Of a stretch of 64,000 bases of DNA, positions 30,994 to 41,576 are shown in pieces. The notes under the pieces were generated by a model, which was given only the letters and a program-made list of their open reading frames with translations, did no database searches and was not told where the DNA came from. Position numbers and translations under genes: made by a program. Every line of letters begins with the position of its first letter. Position 1 is the first letter of the stretch. The DNA comes from an uncultured Acidimicrobiaceae bacterium (GTDB lineage: Bacteria; Actinomycetota; Acidimicrobiia; Acidimicrobiales; Bog-793): contig CAWJBM010000002.1 of the NCBI GenBank assembly GCA_963841155.1, positions 349,885 to 413,884 on the forward strand, written 5' to 3'.

Positions 30994-32448
30994 ATGCCTG
31001 ATCGTCGCATACTCACGACTGAATCCGGTGCACCCGTTGCCGACAACCAGAACTCCCAGACCGCAGGACCTGGCGGCCCGGTACTGTTGCAGGACCAGCA
31101 CCTCCTCGAGAAACTTGCCCGGTTCAACCGGGAGCGGATCCCGGAGCGAGTCGTGCACGCCAGAGGCTCGGGCGCCTATGGGCACTTCGAGGTCGCCCGC
31201 GACATGTCCGCCTACACCAAGGCGAGGGTGTTCAGCGGGGTCGGAACTCGCTGCGAGACTTTTGTGCGGTTCTCGACGGTCGCCGGCAGCCGGGGCGCAG
31301 CCGAGGCAGTCCGTGACCCGCGTGGGTTCGCGGTCAAGCTCTACACACCTGACGGCAATTACGACCTTGTGGGCAACAACACGCCGATCTTCTTCATCCG
31401 GGATCCGTTGAAGTTCCCCGACTTCATCCACTCCCAGAAGGCGGACCCGTTCACCAACCGCCAGGAGCCGGAGAACGTCTGGGACTTCTTCTCGCATTCG
31501 CCGGAGGCGACGCACATGTTCACCTGGCTGTTCGGTGATCGGGGCATCCCGGCCAACTATCGGCAGATGGACGGCTTCGGGTCGCACGCCTTCTCCTGGA
31601 CCAATGCCCAAGACGATCAGTTCTACGTGAAGTACCACTTCAAGACCGATCAGGGCATCGCGACTCTCACGACCGAGGAGGCGGCGGTGCTCGCGGGTGC
31701 GAACCCCGAGTCTCACAACACCGATCTCCTCGAGGCAATCGAACGTGGCGACTGCCCCTCCTGGACGCTCAAGGTACAAGTCATGCCTGCCGCTCAGGCC
31801 GCCGACTACCGCATCAACCCGTTCGACCTCACCAAGGTGTGGCCCCACGCCGACTACCCACTGATCGAGGTCGGCAAGCTCGTGCTCGATCGAAATGCCG
31901 ACAACTACTTCGCGGAGGTCGAGCAGTCCGCGTTCGACCCCGGCAACTTCGTTCCTGGCATCGGTCCCTCGCCCGACAAGATGCTCCAGGGCCGCCTGTT
32001 CGCGTACGGTGACGCGCATCGCTATCGGCTCGGCATCAACCACACCCGGATCCCGGTCAACGCCCCGCACGCCACAAAGGCCGACAATTACGGCCGCGAC
32101 GGCGCCATGCAGGTCGAGGCCAACGGCGGCCGATCAAAGAACTACGAGCCGAACAGCTTCGACGGCCCGGTTCAGACCAACGAGCCGAACTATGCCGGAC
32201 TTCCCGCAACAGGCGTCTCTGGCACCTACCAGTGGGACAGGCGCGAGACGGACGACTTCGAGCAGGCCGGCGCGCTCTACCGACTGATCGATGACGCGGC
32301 CAGACAACGCCTCGCCGACAACATTGCGGACGGTCTCGCACAGGTGAACAACCGCGAGATCGTCGAACGGTCCGTCTCCTACTTCCGCAGAGCCGATACC
32401 GACTATGGAGATCGCGTCGAACGGGCGATCGCCGCGCGTCGCGCCTGA
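30994..32448 (+). CDS. katA: Monofunctional haem catalase (small-subunit type)
   Basis: FNRERIPERVVHARGSGAYG, RFSTVAG and the proximal Tyr region RLFAYGDAHRYRLG are present. AGAGGAG RBS before the ATG. Confidence 0.95.
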   Translation: MPDRRILTTESGAPVADNQNSQTAGPGGPVLLQDQHLLEKLARFNRERIPERVVHARGSGAYGHFEVARDMSAYTKARVFSGVGTRCETFVRFSTVAGSRGAAEAVRDPRGFAVKLYTPDGNYDLVGNNTPIFFIRDPLKFPDFIHSQKADPFTNRQEPENVWDFFSHSPEATHMFTWLFGDRGIPANYRQMDGFGSHAFSWTNAQDDQFYVKYHFKTDQGIATLTTEEAAVLAGANPESHNTDLLEAIERGDCPSWTLKVQVMPAAQAADYRINPFDLTKVWPHADYPLIEVGKLVLDRNADNYFAEVEQSAFDPGNFVPGIGPSPDKMLQGRLFAYGDAHRYRLGINHTRIPVNAPHATKADNYGRDGAMQVEANGGRSKNYEPNSFDGPVQTNEPNYAGLPATGVSGTYQWDRRETDDFEQAGALYRLIDDAARQRLADNIADGLAQVNNREIVERSVSYFRRADTDYGDRVERAIAARRA

Positions 32449-32828
32449 AAGGGATCGAACCCTCACCTCGCCTCACAGAGTCTCCAGTTGGGCTTGCGAG
32501 CAGGGCGTCGGGTCTTCCGCCGGACGCTCGTGGACGGTGCCGGATGGGTTGCGAAGCCCAACCTCGGGTGACTGCTGGGCGGGAGTCCCGAGCGTGGGCT
32601 CAGCCTGTACCGGTCGGATCACTGGCGACTTGGCACCCTCCTCAGCTGCCAATCACCGCGAACGGCCGAATCCGCCGTTCCGCCGGGCCGGGGCAGGGTG
32701 GGGCGCGCAGCGGCAGGGACGGCGAGCACAAATCAGGAAGACGGGCTTCTTGCAGCTCCAGCTAGCATCGGCACGGTAGGGATGACTCCCATTTATCGAG
32801 ACCTCGGGACCAAGGAAGAGAAACGGGC

Positions 32829-33221
32829 ATGGAGAAGAGCGGGTCGCAGAAGGGCAAGTCTCCTTCTCAGCTAATAGACGCGAGAATCGAGGAGCTAGGC
32901 GACTGGCGGGGCAGGATGCTCAGCCGGCTCCGTGCCTTGGTCAAGGAAGCCGATCCCGAGGTGGTCGAGGAGTGGAAGTGGAGAGGGGTTCCGGTCTGGT
33001 ACCACGACGGAATGATCTGCACAGGCGAGACTTACAAGACCGTCGTGAAGATGACCTTCGCCAAAGGGGCGGCTCTGAAGGATCCTTCGGGCCTCTTCAA
33101 CTCCAGTCTTGACGGGAACACAAGGCGTGCCATCGACTTCCACGAGGGCGAGAAGATAGACGAGGAGGCGTTGAAGACTCTCGTTCGCGCCGCCGTTACC
33201 CTGAACAGGTCCAGAGCGTAA
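32829..33221 (+). CDS. DUF1801 (YdhG-like) domain protein
   Basis: 130-aa ORF. ARIEELGDWRGRMLSRLRALV...EEWKWRGVPVW...KMTFAKGA matches my recollection of DUF1801. Confidence 0.75.
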   Translation: MEKSGSQKGKSPSQLIDARIEELGDWRGRMLSRLRALVKEADPEVVEEWKWRGVPVWYHDGMICTGETYKTVVKMTFAKGAALKDPSGLFNSSLDGNTRRAIDFHEGEKIDEEALKTLVRAAVTLNRSRA

Positions 33222-33324
33222 AGTCAATCCACGGAATCGAACAATTCCCGTGGGATCAGGCTAGAAGCCACCGTCTCGGTTCCATTGGCGAGTCAGGTGA
33301 CAGAGTCGCAGTCCCGCTACAGGT

Positions 33325-33608
33325 TCACCGCCGGCGAGTACATAGTGCTCGCCAACTACGCGTACGACCTGCCGAAGCGGGCGCTGAACCTGTAACCCCA
33401 CTCGCTGGCGGCCCGCGCCAGCTCCCGCACCACCACCCGACGGCGTGCACTCGCCGTGCGAACGCGGCGCAGTCGTCCCGCACTGGGCAGCCCGCGCACA
33501 CGGCTTTGCCGAGAAGCTCCGCCGGGTCGCCCACGACCTGGGGAACTTCGAGCACCATCGGCTACGACTGTTGCGCCACTCAGGGGTGCGATTGGACACT
33601 CGGCCCAC
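33325..33608 (-). pseudogene. WhiB-like remnant
   Basis: GKAVCAGCPVRDDCAAFA is the WhiB CxxCPVRxxC core. The upstream Cys and the downstream GVWGG/ERR segment are not in frame and not recognisable. Confidence 0.35.
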
Positions 33609-33663
33609 TGCTCGAATCAGGGGCCGTCACGCACCCGGTCGCGTAGAGCCCTTCTTGCACTTA

Positions 33664-34614
33664 CTAAGGAGTGAGGTGCTGTGCCAGGAACGCCAGCGAG
33701 GGAGGCTCCTGCGCGAGAAAGAACGGGCTCGTGTGACAGCCCCCGGAGAACTCCACGACTGCTCCGGGGGGCAAGGCCCTGGCCAATGTCTCCACTCCTG
33801 GGCGGAAAGGGTCCGAGTCTCCCGAGGCAACCCGAACAGGTATGCCGGTCAACGCGCCCGTGTGCGTGACGGCATCGTCGATGGCAAAGTCCGCAGCGGA
33901 GGCGTACGCGTCGGCATTGGCTCCCCGCGCCTGGGCGTAGCTGGTCCAGATCGCTGGGCTGATCGCGGCGACTGCGGCAATGAGGTGCGGGTACTTCTCA
34001 GCGAACAGGATCGCACCGTAGCCGCCCATCGAGATGCCCATCGTCCCGATCCGATGCGGTGGCCGCCCCAAGCCGAGGCGCTGGCAAAGCGGGATCAGCT
34101 CGTCGATGACCATCGCCATCGGATTGTCGGCCGGATGCGGGTTCCAGTAGCCACCACCGCCGTCCACGGTCACCATAGCCATCGGGGCAAGCGGCTCGTG
34201 ACCGATGTGGAGGGCCATCGCCTGGGCCGGCGTCATGCCGACAACGGCATCTGTGTGGTTCCCCCCGAATCCGTGGAGCATCACCACGAGCGACAGCCTG
34301 CTGCCTCGGCGATGTTCGGGCGGATAGGCGATCGTGTACCCAACTGTTCGATTGCGAGCGTGAGAGTAGAAGGAGCTCGAGACCGACGGGCCCAGGGACG
34401 AGAAGCTCAGCGGCGGGCTCGGCACCGAACATCTTCCCTCGAGCTGGTTGAGCACCTGTTGTCCGGGGAGGATCCCGTGCGATACGAGCTCCAGGCCAGC
34501 AGCTCCAACGGCTGCGACCGCCGCGATCCCGCCCAGGCCATGGACAAGGAAACGTCGCCGGTCAAGCCCCGGTCGGGATGCCCCGTCGGGTCGAGTGCCG
34601 TCGGGACCAATCAT
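33664..34614 (-). CDS. Tat-exported alpha/beta hydrolase (putative esterase family)
   Basis: Twin-arginine signal (RRRFLVHGLGGIAAVAAVGAAG). GISMGGYGA nucleophile elbow and HGFGGN. Confidence 0.8.
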   Translation of the reverse strand: MIGPDGTRPDGASRPGLDRRRFLVHGLGGIAAVAAVGAAGLELVSHGILPGQQVLNQLEGRCSVPSPPLSFSSLGPSVSSSFYSHARNRTVGYTIAYPPEHRRGSRLSLVVMLHGFGGNHTDAVVGMTPAQAMALHIGHEPLAPMAMVTVDGGGGYWNPHPADNPMAMVIDELIPLCQRLGLGRPPHRIGTMGISMGGYGAILFAEKYPHLIAAVAAISPAIWTSYAQARGANADAYASAADFAIDDAVTHTGALTGIPVRVASGDSDPFRPGVETLARALPPGAVVEFSGGCHTSPFFLAQEPPSLAFLAQHLTP

Positions 34615-34976
34615 GGGTGCATCCGATCCGGTGGCGACGGCCGGTCGCTCAATCGAGGAAGCCGACCGGAAATGTCCGTCATGTGGAAGGCCCCATCGAC
34701 GAAGAAGGGCAACGCCGGGCCGACCAGCCTCTCGGATTTGGTCGGGCGGACGACACGTTCTTGGAGCGCAGCCCTGCGCGGCCGAGGCGCCGAGTCAGTA
34801 GGTCTGATGGATTGGCCGCATCCGAAGTAGCCAATCGCCGTGACAAGCGCGCACGTGGCCGCTCGATCACCTAGGGCGGCTTAGTCGATCGGGGCGGCCA
34901 CTGTCAGCACTCATGGCCGGGTCCTGGCAGGCGGTTGCCGATGCCTCCCGGCACACAGGTAACCCCCCCGTGTCTG

Positions 34977-36279
34977 TCAGGCCGTGCGGGAGAAAAGCTC
35001 ACGGAGCTGAACCCGCCGACCTGTGCGAAGGATGGCTCTCCGGTAGACGCTGGACGCAAGCCTCGCCATGCCGACGGTGCACACAATGCTCACGGCTGCC
35101 GAGGCGGCGAACTCCCACCAGGTGACAGCTCCGAGGCCTACGAGAACGGGCATGGCGAACGGCGCCGTCGGCGGTAAGTAGGCCAGTACCTTGAAGAAGG
35201 TTGACGGGCTCCCCGAGCCCGCTGCGATGAGGGCCATGACGTAGCCGAAGATGATCGGGAGGCTGAGGGGAACGGCCAGGCTCTGTACCTGGTCCTGGCG
35301 TTCGGCCATGGAGCCCGCGGCGGCGTAGACCCAGCAGTAGAAGGCGTAGCCGAGAACCAACCACACCAGCGTGCTGACGAGCACCAGAGGTGCCGTACCG
35401 CGCAGGAGATCGGAACCCACCGCCTCTGCCAGGCCGAGGGCGAACGCCACGACGAGGGCTGCCTGGGCGAAAGCCACCAATCCGATCCCGAGCACCTTGC
35501 CCGCCAGGAGCTGGACGGGGCGCATGGCGGCCAGAAGCACCTCTACGACCCGGCTGGACTTCTCCTCCATGACCCCTATCAGGATCCAGGTGTTGTATTG
35601 CGTGAGCATTATGAACACGAGAATCAGGCCCACTGTCGAGGTGGTCTGGGTAGCCCCCTTGGCAGTCCCCGGTTGGAGGCTCTTGACGGGGAGCGCCTTG
35701 GCACCAGCCAGCTCGGCGGCTTGCGTGGCGGAGAGACCGGCTGACTCGACTGCCTCGGCCAGACCGAGGTTCTTGGAGACGGAAAGCACGAGCTGAGCCG
35801 TTGTCGAAGTGACGGCGGATCCGATCGCTTTGTCCACTATGAGCTCCCGGCCGTCGACGATCGCCAGGTCGATCCGTCCAGAGCGCAGATCGCGATGGGC
35901 GGCATCCGCGTCCGCCTCGGGAACAAGGTGAACCGTGATGCCGACGCTCGTGGCGGAGGCGACAACCGCCTCCCGCAAGGGAGCAGGAAAGGCACCGACG
36001 ACACCGACGCGCTCGAGGGCGCGACTTTCCGCTGTTGAGGACTGGAACGACAATTGCCCCCGCTACCACCAGCAGGATGAGCAGTGTCCCGACCCGAAAG
36101 ACCTTGCCGCGGACTCGCTCTCTCACTTCCCGGGCCGCCACCAAGCCGACATCGCCCTTGAGGAGTGCCAATCCCGCTGGAGCCCGAGACTGGTTGCGGT
36201 TTGATCGACGCCGGCGACGGAGCCAGACCCGCAGCGCCACGACCACGGCCAGGATGACCAGGATGATGGGCCCGTTCAC
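34977..36279 (-). CDS. ABC-2 type (NatB/YhaP-like) permease, frame broken near 36020
   Basis: GTG 36279 overlaps the ATPase stop (GTGA) and gives MNGPIILV...REVRERVRGKVFRVGTLLILLVVAGAIVVPVLNSGKS. The ORF from 36053, in another frame, continues RALERVGVVG..., with an extracytoplasmic domain and 5 TM helices. Confidence 0.75.
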
Positions 36280-37172
36280 GCGAGGGCCTCCCGGAAGACC
36301 TCCGACAACCGTCGGCGCTCGAAGACGAACTCTGTGACCCGACCTGCTCCCATAGCGGCCCTGAGTACCGAATCGCTGTCAACCCGCTCGTCGAGCACGA
36401 GTCGCGCGGCGCCCCCATCGACCTCGGACACGGTGACTCCGGCGATGTTGCAGGCCCACGACGCGTCTCGGTCCCCCGCCACCCGCACCACCAGCCGGCG
36501 CGCGCCGCTCGTCGCCAGGTCGTCCACCTTTCCGGTCACGACCAGGCGACCGTGATCGATGATCGTGACCGCCTCGCAGAGGTCCTCGACCTGGTCCAGC
36601 TGGTGGCTCGAGAACAGGACGCAGCACCCCGCCCGAGCCTGCTCGACAAGCACATCGCCGATGGCGTCGATCCCGGTTGGGTCCAACCCGGCCAGGGGCT
36701 CATCGAGGATGAGCAGTTCAGGACCGTGTACCAACGCGGCGGCAAGCTGTACCCGCTGCTGGTTCCCATGGGAGAGCGCTTCCACCTTGCTGCCCGCCCT
36801 ATCTGCGACGCCGAGCCGCTCCAGCCACGCCTTTGTCGCGGCGGCGGCGTCGTGTGCGCTCATCGCGTGCAGTCTCCCGAGATACTCGAGCTGCTCGCCC
36901 ACCAGCATGGCCGGGTACAGCCCTCGCTCCTCTGGCATGTACCCGAAACGGCGCCGCTCCGCTTGGCCGACAGCGGCACCGTTCCACTTGACTCTCCCGG
37001 CATCCAGATCGGTCAGGCCGAAGACGGCGCGCATCGTGGTCGTCTTCCCGGCCCCATTTGGGCCCAGGAAGCCCACTACCTGGCCGGCGGGGACCGAGAA
37101 GGAGAGACCGTCGAGAGCGGTGAGAGCCCCGTAGCGACGGGTCAGCCCTTCGAGCTCCAGGAGGCCTTCCAC
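36276..37172 (-). CDS. ABC transporter ATP-binding protein
   Basis: Walker A GPNGAGKTT, signature LSHGNQQRV, Walker B LLILDEP. Confidence 0.9.
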   Translation of the reverse strand: MEGLLELEGLTRRYGALTALDGLSFSVPAGQVVGFLGPNGAGKTTTMRAVFGLTDLDAGRVKWNGAAVGQAERRRFGYMPEERGLYPAMLVGEQLEYLGRLHAMSAHDAAAATKAWLERLGVADRAGSKVEALSHGNQQRVQLAAALVHGPELLILDEPLAGLDPTGIDAIGDVLVEQARAGCCVLFSSHQLDQVEDLCEAVTIIDHGRLVVTGKVDDLATSGARRLVVRVAGDRDASWACNIAGVTVSEVDGGAARLVLDERVDSDSVLRAAMGAGRVTEFVFERRRLSEVFREALA

Positions 37173-37622
37173 CGCCTCAGGCTACGTGCCGCTGCGCCGC
37201 TGGCCGAACCAAGATCAACCGCGTGGACACCCACTGGCGTGGAGCGAAGAGCCGAGGACTCTGCCTGGTGATAGGTCGCCGGCCCGCAACGGCTCGTCGA
37301 AGCTGCCGCAGCCGTCGATACTTCCGCCGACACACCACCAACCTCCTTGCGGCTCTCCAAGGTGGGTGCTGCCCCGACTGGCTGGCACTCAGCGCGACGG
37401 GAGAACCGGCGCGGCACCTCCGCAGCTCAACAGAGAAACTCCCCACAACGTGCGCCTGCTTCTGCGTCGCGCGTGGAACGCGCCCCTTTGTGACATTCGG
37501 CCCTGACGGCCGGTGCGCTGAAGGCACAGGATGGCCGATGCGTGGCCACACCGGAGCCGGCCGAGCACGTGCGCAGGCCCTGTGCAGGAATAGAGTCTCA
37601 GGGGGACTAGCGAGGAGGGTCG

Positions 37623-38153
37623 ATGAAGGCGAAATGCATCGTGGTAATAGGGCTGATGGTCTTCGCGGCGGGTTGTTCGAGTCCCAAGCCGGCCGCGACT
37701 CCGTCGACGTCGACGTCGACATCAACAACTGTCGCTCCGGCTTCAACCTCGACGACCGTCAGTCCGACTTCGACCACGGCGGTCTCGTCGAAAGAGGCGT
37801 CCCAGCAGTTCCTGGCGGCGGCCACGGTCGCCAAGGCCGCGTACGACACGTGGAGGGCCGCGATCAAGGGCCTGACCACGGTCAGCCCCGCGATTGCTCC
37901 TTGTGACACCTACGCAGGTGAGCTGACGACCTTCGACGACGCGATATCGCGCATCGACGTCACCGGCAAGACGGAAACCGACATTCGGACCTTGGTCGCC
38001 GATGACAGTGTCGTCATCAAGAACCTGGAAGCCGTGAAGACAGAAACCGTGGCCCAAATCAAGGAGGACGAGGCTCAACTCATAGCCACTGGGGAGACGG
38101 CAATAAGCGCTGGCGACGTAGTCCGGAGCGACCTCGGCCTGCCGCCGAGTTGA
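37623..38153 (+). CDS. Hypothetical lipoprotein
   Basis: GAGGAGGG RBS before the ATG, lipobox VFAAGC, and a Ser/Thr/Pro linker followed by a helical domain. Confidence 0.65.
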   Translation: MKAKCIVVIGLMVFAAGCSSPKPAATPSTSTSTSTTVAPASTSTTVSPTSTTAVSSKEASQQFLAAATVAKAAYDTWRAAIKGLTTVSPAIAPCDTYAGELTTFDDAISRIDVTGKTETDIRTLVADDSVVIKNLEAVKTETVAQIKEDEAQLIATGETAISAGDVVRSDLGLPPS

Positions 38154-38681
38154 GTTTGGCCAGCCCCACGCGACCAGGCTGGTAGCAAGGCGCGCAGGGC
38201 GAGTTCGGCCCGGCTCGGACCTGAACCAAACGACTAACACCTGCCAGCCTCGTCCTCACGTGGGCGAACATCCCGGGCCACCACAGGAGCCGGCCGTACT
38301 GTCGACGGTGAGCACCGTGCCCGGCGAACGAGCGCCGGGGGCTGAGGTAAGCAGCCAAAGCAACCAAGGGCACAGCACTTTGAACCGCTGCAGACCACCG
38401 TCCAACCGGCATCCTCCGCGAAAACGGCCGATTCGCGGTCCCGAGCCTGCTGATCCGTGGCGGAGTTCCAGACATCCAGCCCGTGTGACGTCATCCACGT
38501 GGGCAGCTCAGCTCGAGTTGCTCTTCCAGTATTGCCCGTCGTCCCCAGTCTTGTTCGCGTGCCCGAGATCAGTGGCAAAGCAGTGGCAAGAAACCAGGTT
38601 CCTCGCTGCTCAACCGGGACAAGCCAGAGCTCGAGGCAGCATCGGGACCGACATGTTCGTCGCAGTCAGTACGATCCGTCC

Positions 38682-41495
38682 GTGCCGCAAGGGACGGGCG
38701 ACTCGCCCGACGCTCGGAGTTACGTGCGCGACCCAATCACTTCCTACGACGCGGTCCCGACCGAGGAGCGCCATGCCGCACTGCGTCGGGACATCCGTCT
38801 CGTCGCTTCCCTCCTCGGTGAGGAACTCGCCCGCATCGAAGGTTTGGAGTTCCTGGAGCTCGTCGGTCAGATTCGAGCGGTGGCCAAGCTCGAGTGCTCA
38901 GAGAGCGAGCAGGCGCGAAGCGGTGGCCTCGCCGAGCAGCTTCCGAACATTCCAATACGCACGGCTCTTCTCCTCGCGCGGGCGTTCGCCGCCTACTTCC
39001 AACTTGCCAATGTCACCGAGCAGGTCCACCGCGCGGCGGAGATCAGCCAGGCTCGGAGGGCGGAGCGAACCTGGTTGCGGGACACCCTCAACCGAATCGC
39101 GGAGCACCGGATCGACCGAGAACGCGTCGGAGCGACCCTTGCACGCCTCGAATTCCGTCCCGTGTTCACGGCACACCCGACCGAGTCGGCGCGCCGTTCG
39201 GTCCTGTCGAAACTCCTCGACGTCGCGCACCTCGTGCAAGCGCTTGGAGCCGAACCGACATCCGCGGAGGAGAGACGACTCGTCGGCCGACTTCGGGAAA
39301 CGATATTGCTGCTATGGCAAACGAGTGAGCTCCGCATCGGTCGCCTGCGACCCGAGGACGAGGCTCAGAACGTTCTCTACTACCTGTCCCAACTCTATGA
39401 CAGCGCCGTGCCGACGCTCTTGGAGGACCTCGACGACGAGCTCGCGCAGCACGGCATAGTCCTTGGGTTCTCAGCTTCCCCCCTTCGCTTTGGCTCTTGG
39501 GTAGGCGGCGATCGCGACGGCAACCCGTCGGTGACTGCGGCCATCACGACAGAAGTGTTGCTCGTTCAACACGAGCTCGGATTCCACAAGCTCGTCGGGC
39601 TCGTCGACCAACTGACGCAGGCGCTCTCGAACTCGACGGCGATCGTCGACATCTCGGGCGAGCTGTTGGCCAGCTTGGAAGCAGACCGCGTCTCGCTCCC
39701 TTATGTCTACGACCGTTACATAAGCCTCGACGCGGAGGAGCCATATCGCCTGAAGTGCTCCTACATTCGCCAGCGGCTCCTCAATACCCGGGCACGCCTA
39801 GCAGCAAGCACTGTGCACGTGCCTGGTGAAGATTATCTGGACGTGGACGAACTCATCGACGAGCTCCGGCTCTTGCGTGATTCCCTCGCAGCAAATCGTG
39901 GCGAGGCAATCGCCGACGGGCTTCTTCGCCGCATCGGTCGGCTCGTCAGGACCTTCGGCTTCCGCGTCGCAACCCTCGACATCCGCGAGAACGCTGAGGC
40001 GCACCACAAAGCCCTCGGCGAGCTCTTCGACCGCCTCGGAGAGCTCGGGAGACCGTATCGGGAGCTTGACCGCTCCGAACGCAGCACGGTGTTGCGAACC
40101 GAGTTGAGTAGCTCACGGCCTCTCGGAGCGTCCCGGTTCGCGCTCTCGCCACCCGCTGCAAAGACCTATGCGACCTTCGAATCGATGGCGGCCGCGCTTG
40201 ACCGCTTCGGTGATGGAGTGATCGAGAGCTATGTCATATCGATGACCGAAGGGGTCGACGATGTCCTCGCGACTGTCGTACTTGCACGTGAGGCCGGGCT
40301 TATCGATTGCCGTGCGGGCTGTGCACGGATAGGTTTTGTCCCGCTTTTCGAGCGGGTGGCCGAGCTGCGCGGCTCAGGCGCCCTACTCGACGAACTTCTC
40401 TCGAATCCGAGCTATCGGGCCGTCGTCGCGTCACGCGGAGACATCCAAGAGGTCATGCTCGGTTACTCCGATTCGAACAAGGACGCCGGCATAACGACCT
40501 CCCAGTGGGAGATCTACAAGGCGCAGGGCGTTCTGCGAGACGTCGCACATCGCCACGGCGTCACACTCCGACTGTTCCACGGTCGTGGAGGGACGGTCGG
40601 ACGAGGCGGTGGGCCGTCAGCCGAGGCGATCCTCGCTCAGCCGGAGCGAACGGTGGATGCGTTCCTGAAGGTTACCGAGCAAGGGGAGGTCATCTCCGAC
40701 AAGTACAACCTCGCAGAGCTTGCGCGGGAGAATCTCGAGGCGAGCCTCGCCGCGGTGATTGAGTCGAGTCTCGTCCACGGCTCATCGCTTCGTTCCGATA
40801 CCACGTCCGATCGCTGGCACAAGGTGATGGAAGCCGTCTCCTCGGTCGCCGAGCGTGCTTATCGTGAACTGCTAGGGAACGCGGGCTTGGCCCAGTACTT
40901 CATGTCTTCGACGCCAGTTGCCGAACTCGACAACTTGAATCTCGGCTCACGCCCCGCATACCGCCCTGAATCGGGATCAGACCTAGCAGCGCTTCGGGCT
41001 ATCCCCTGGGTGTTCGGCTGGACCCAATCCCGCCAGATCATCCCGGGTTGGTTCGGCGTTGGATCCGGACTCGCGGCGGCGCGCGATGGTGGCGCGGGAC
41101 CAACTCTCGACGAAATGTACGCGGAATGGCCCTTCCTTAGGACGTTTGTCGGCAACGTCGAGATGACCCTCGCGAAGACTGACATGGATATCGCACGAAT
41201 GTATGTCAAATCGCTCGTCGAGCCGGGACAACATGGGATCTTCCAGGAGATCGCCGACGAGCACGCTCGTACGGTCGCCGAGATTCTCAATCTGACAGGC
41301 GAATCCAGTTTGATCGAGGCGAGGCCGCTCCTCCGGCGAACTCTCGCGGTGCGCGCCGACTATCTCCGGCCGGTCCACTACCTCCAGGTCGAGCTGCTCG
41401 GAAGGCATCGGTCTGGTTCCGAGGAACCGGAGTTGCGACGTGCGCTGCTCATCACGGTCAACGCGATCGCCGCCGGGCTGCGCAATACCGGCTGA
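38682..41495 (+). CDS. ppc: Phosphoenolpyruvate carboxylase
   Basis: VFTAHPTE, GYSDSNKDAG, FHGRGGTVGRGGGP and a C-terminal GLRNTG. The ORF opens at 38457, but GTG 38682 gives a typical length of about 937 aa. Confidence 0.95.
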   Translation: MPQGTGDSPDARSYVRDPITSYDAVPTEERHAALRRDIRLVASLLGEELARIEGLEFLELVGQIRAVAKLECSESEQARSGGLAEQLPNIPIRTALLLARAFAAYFQLANVTEQVHRAAEISQARRAERTWLRDTLNRIAEHRIDRERVGATLARLEFRPVFTAHPTESARRSVLSKLLDVAHLVQALGAEPTSAEERRLVGRLRETILLLWQTSELRIGRLRPEDEAQNVLYYLSQLYDSAVPTLLEDLDDELAQHGIVLGFSASPLRFGSWVGGDRDGNPSVTAAITTEVLLVQHELGFHKLVGLVDQLTQALSNSTAIVDISGELLASLEADRVSLPYVYDRYISLDAEEPYRLKCSYIRQRLLNTRARLAASTVHVPGEDYLDVDELIDELRLLRDSLAANRGEAIADGLLRRIGRLVRTFGFRVATLDIRENAEAHHKALGELFDRLGELGRPYRELDRSERSTVLRTELSSSRPLGASRFALSPPAAKTYATFESMAAALDRFGDGVIESYVISMTEGVDDVLATVVLAREAGLIDCRAGCARIGFVPLFERVAELRGSGALLDELLSNPSYRAVVASRGDIQEVMLGYSDSNKDAGITTSQWEIYKAQGVLRDVAHRHGVTLRLFHGRGGTVGRGGGPSAEAILAQPERTVDAFLKVTEQGEVISDKYNLAELARENLEASLAAVIESSLVHGSSLRSDTTSDRWHKVMEAVSSVAERAYRELLGNAGLAQYFMSSTPVAELDNLNLGSRPAYRPESGSDLAALRAIPWVFGWTQSRQIIPGWFGVGSGLAAARDGGAGPTLDEMYAEWPFLRTFVGNVEMTLAKTDMDIARMYVKSLVEPGQHGIFQEIADEHARTVAEILNLTGESSLIEARPLLRRTLAVRADYLRPVHYLQVELLGRHRSGSEEPELRRALLITVNAIAAGLRNTG

Positions 41496-41576
41496 CACAT
41501 CGATCGCCGCCCTTCCCGGACACAGCTTGCCTGAACCGGGTGCCGCCAAAGAGAGAGCGGTCGGCAATACTGGGGT

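Noticed and set aside
30865-32070. 401-aa minus-strand ORF
   Set aside because: It is exactly antisense to the unmistakable catalase gene, and the translation has no recognisable features.
38234-38578. Minus-strand ORF containing VVCSGSKCCALG, reminiscent of the Cys-repeat unit at 43.5-44.1 kb
   Set aside because: It is a single short match with no flanking W.G..W element, and it lies in the ppc upstream region. The evidence is insufficient.
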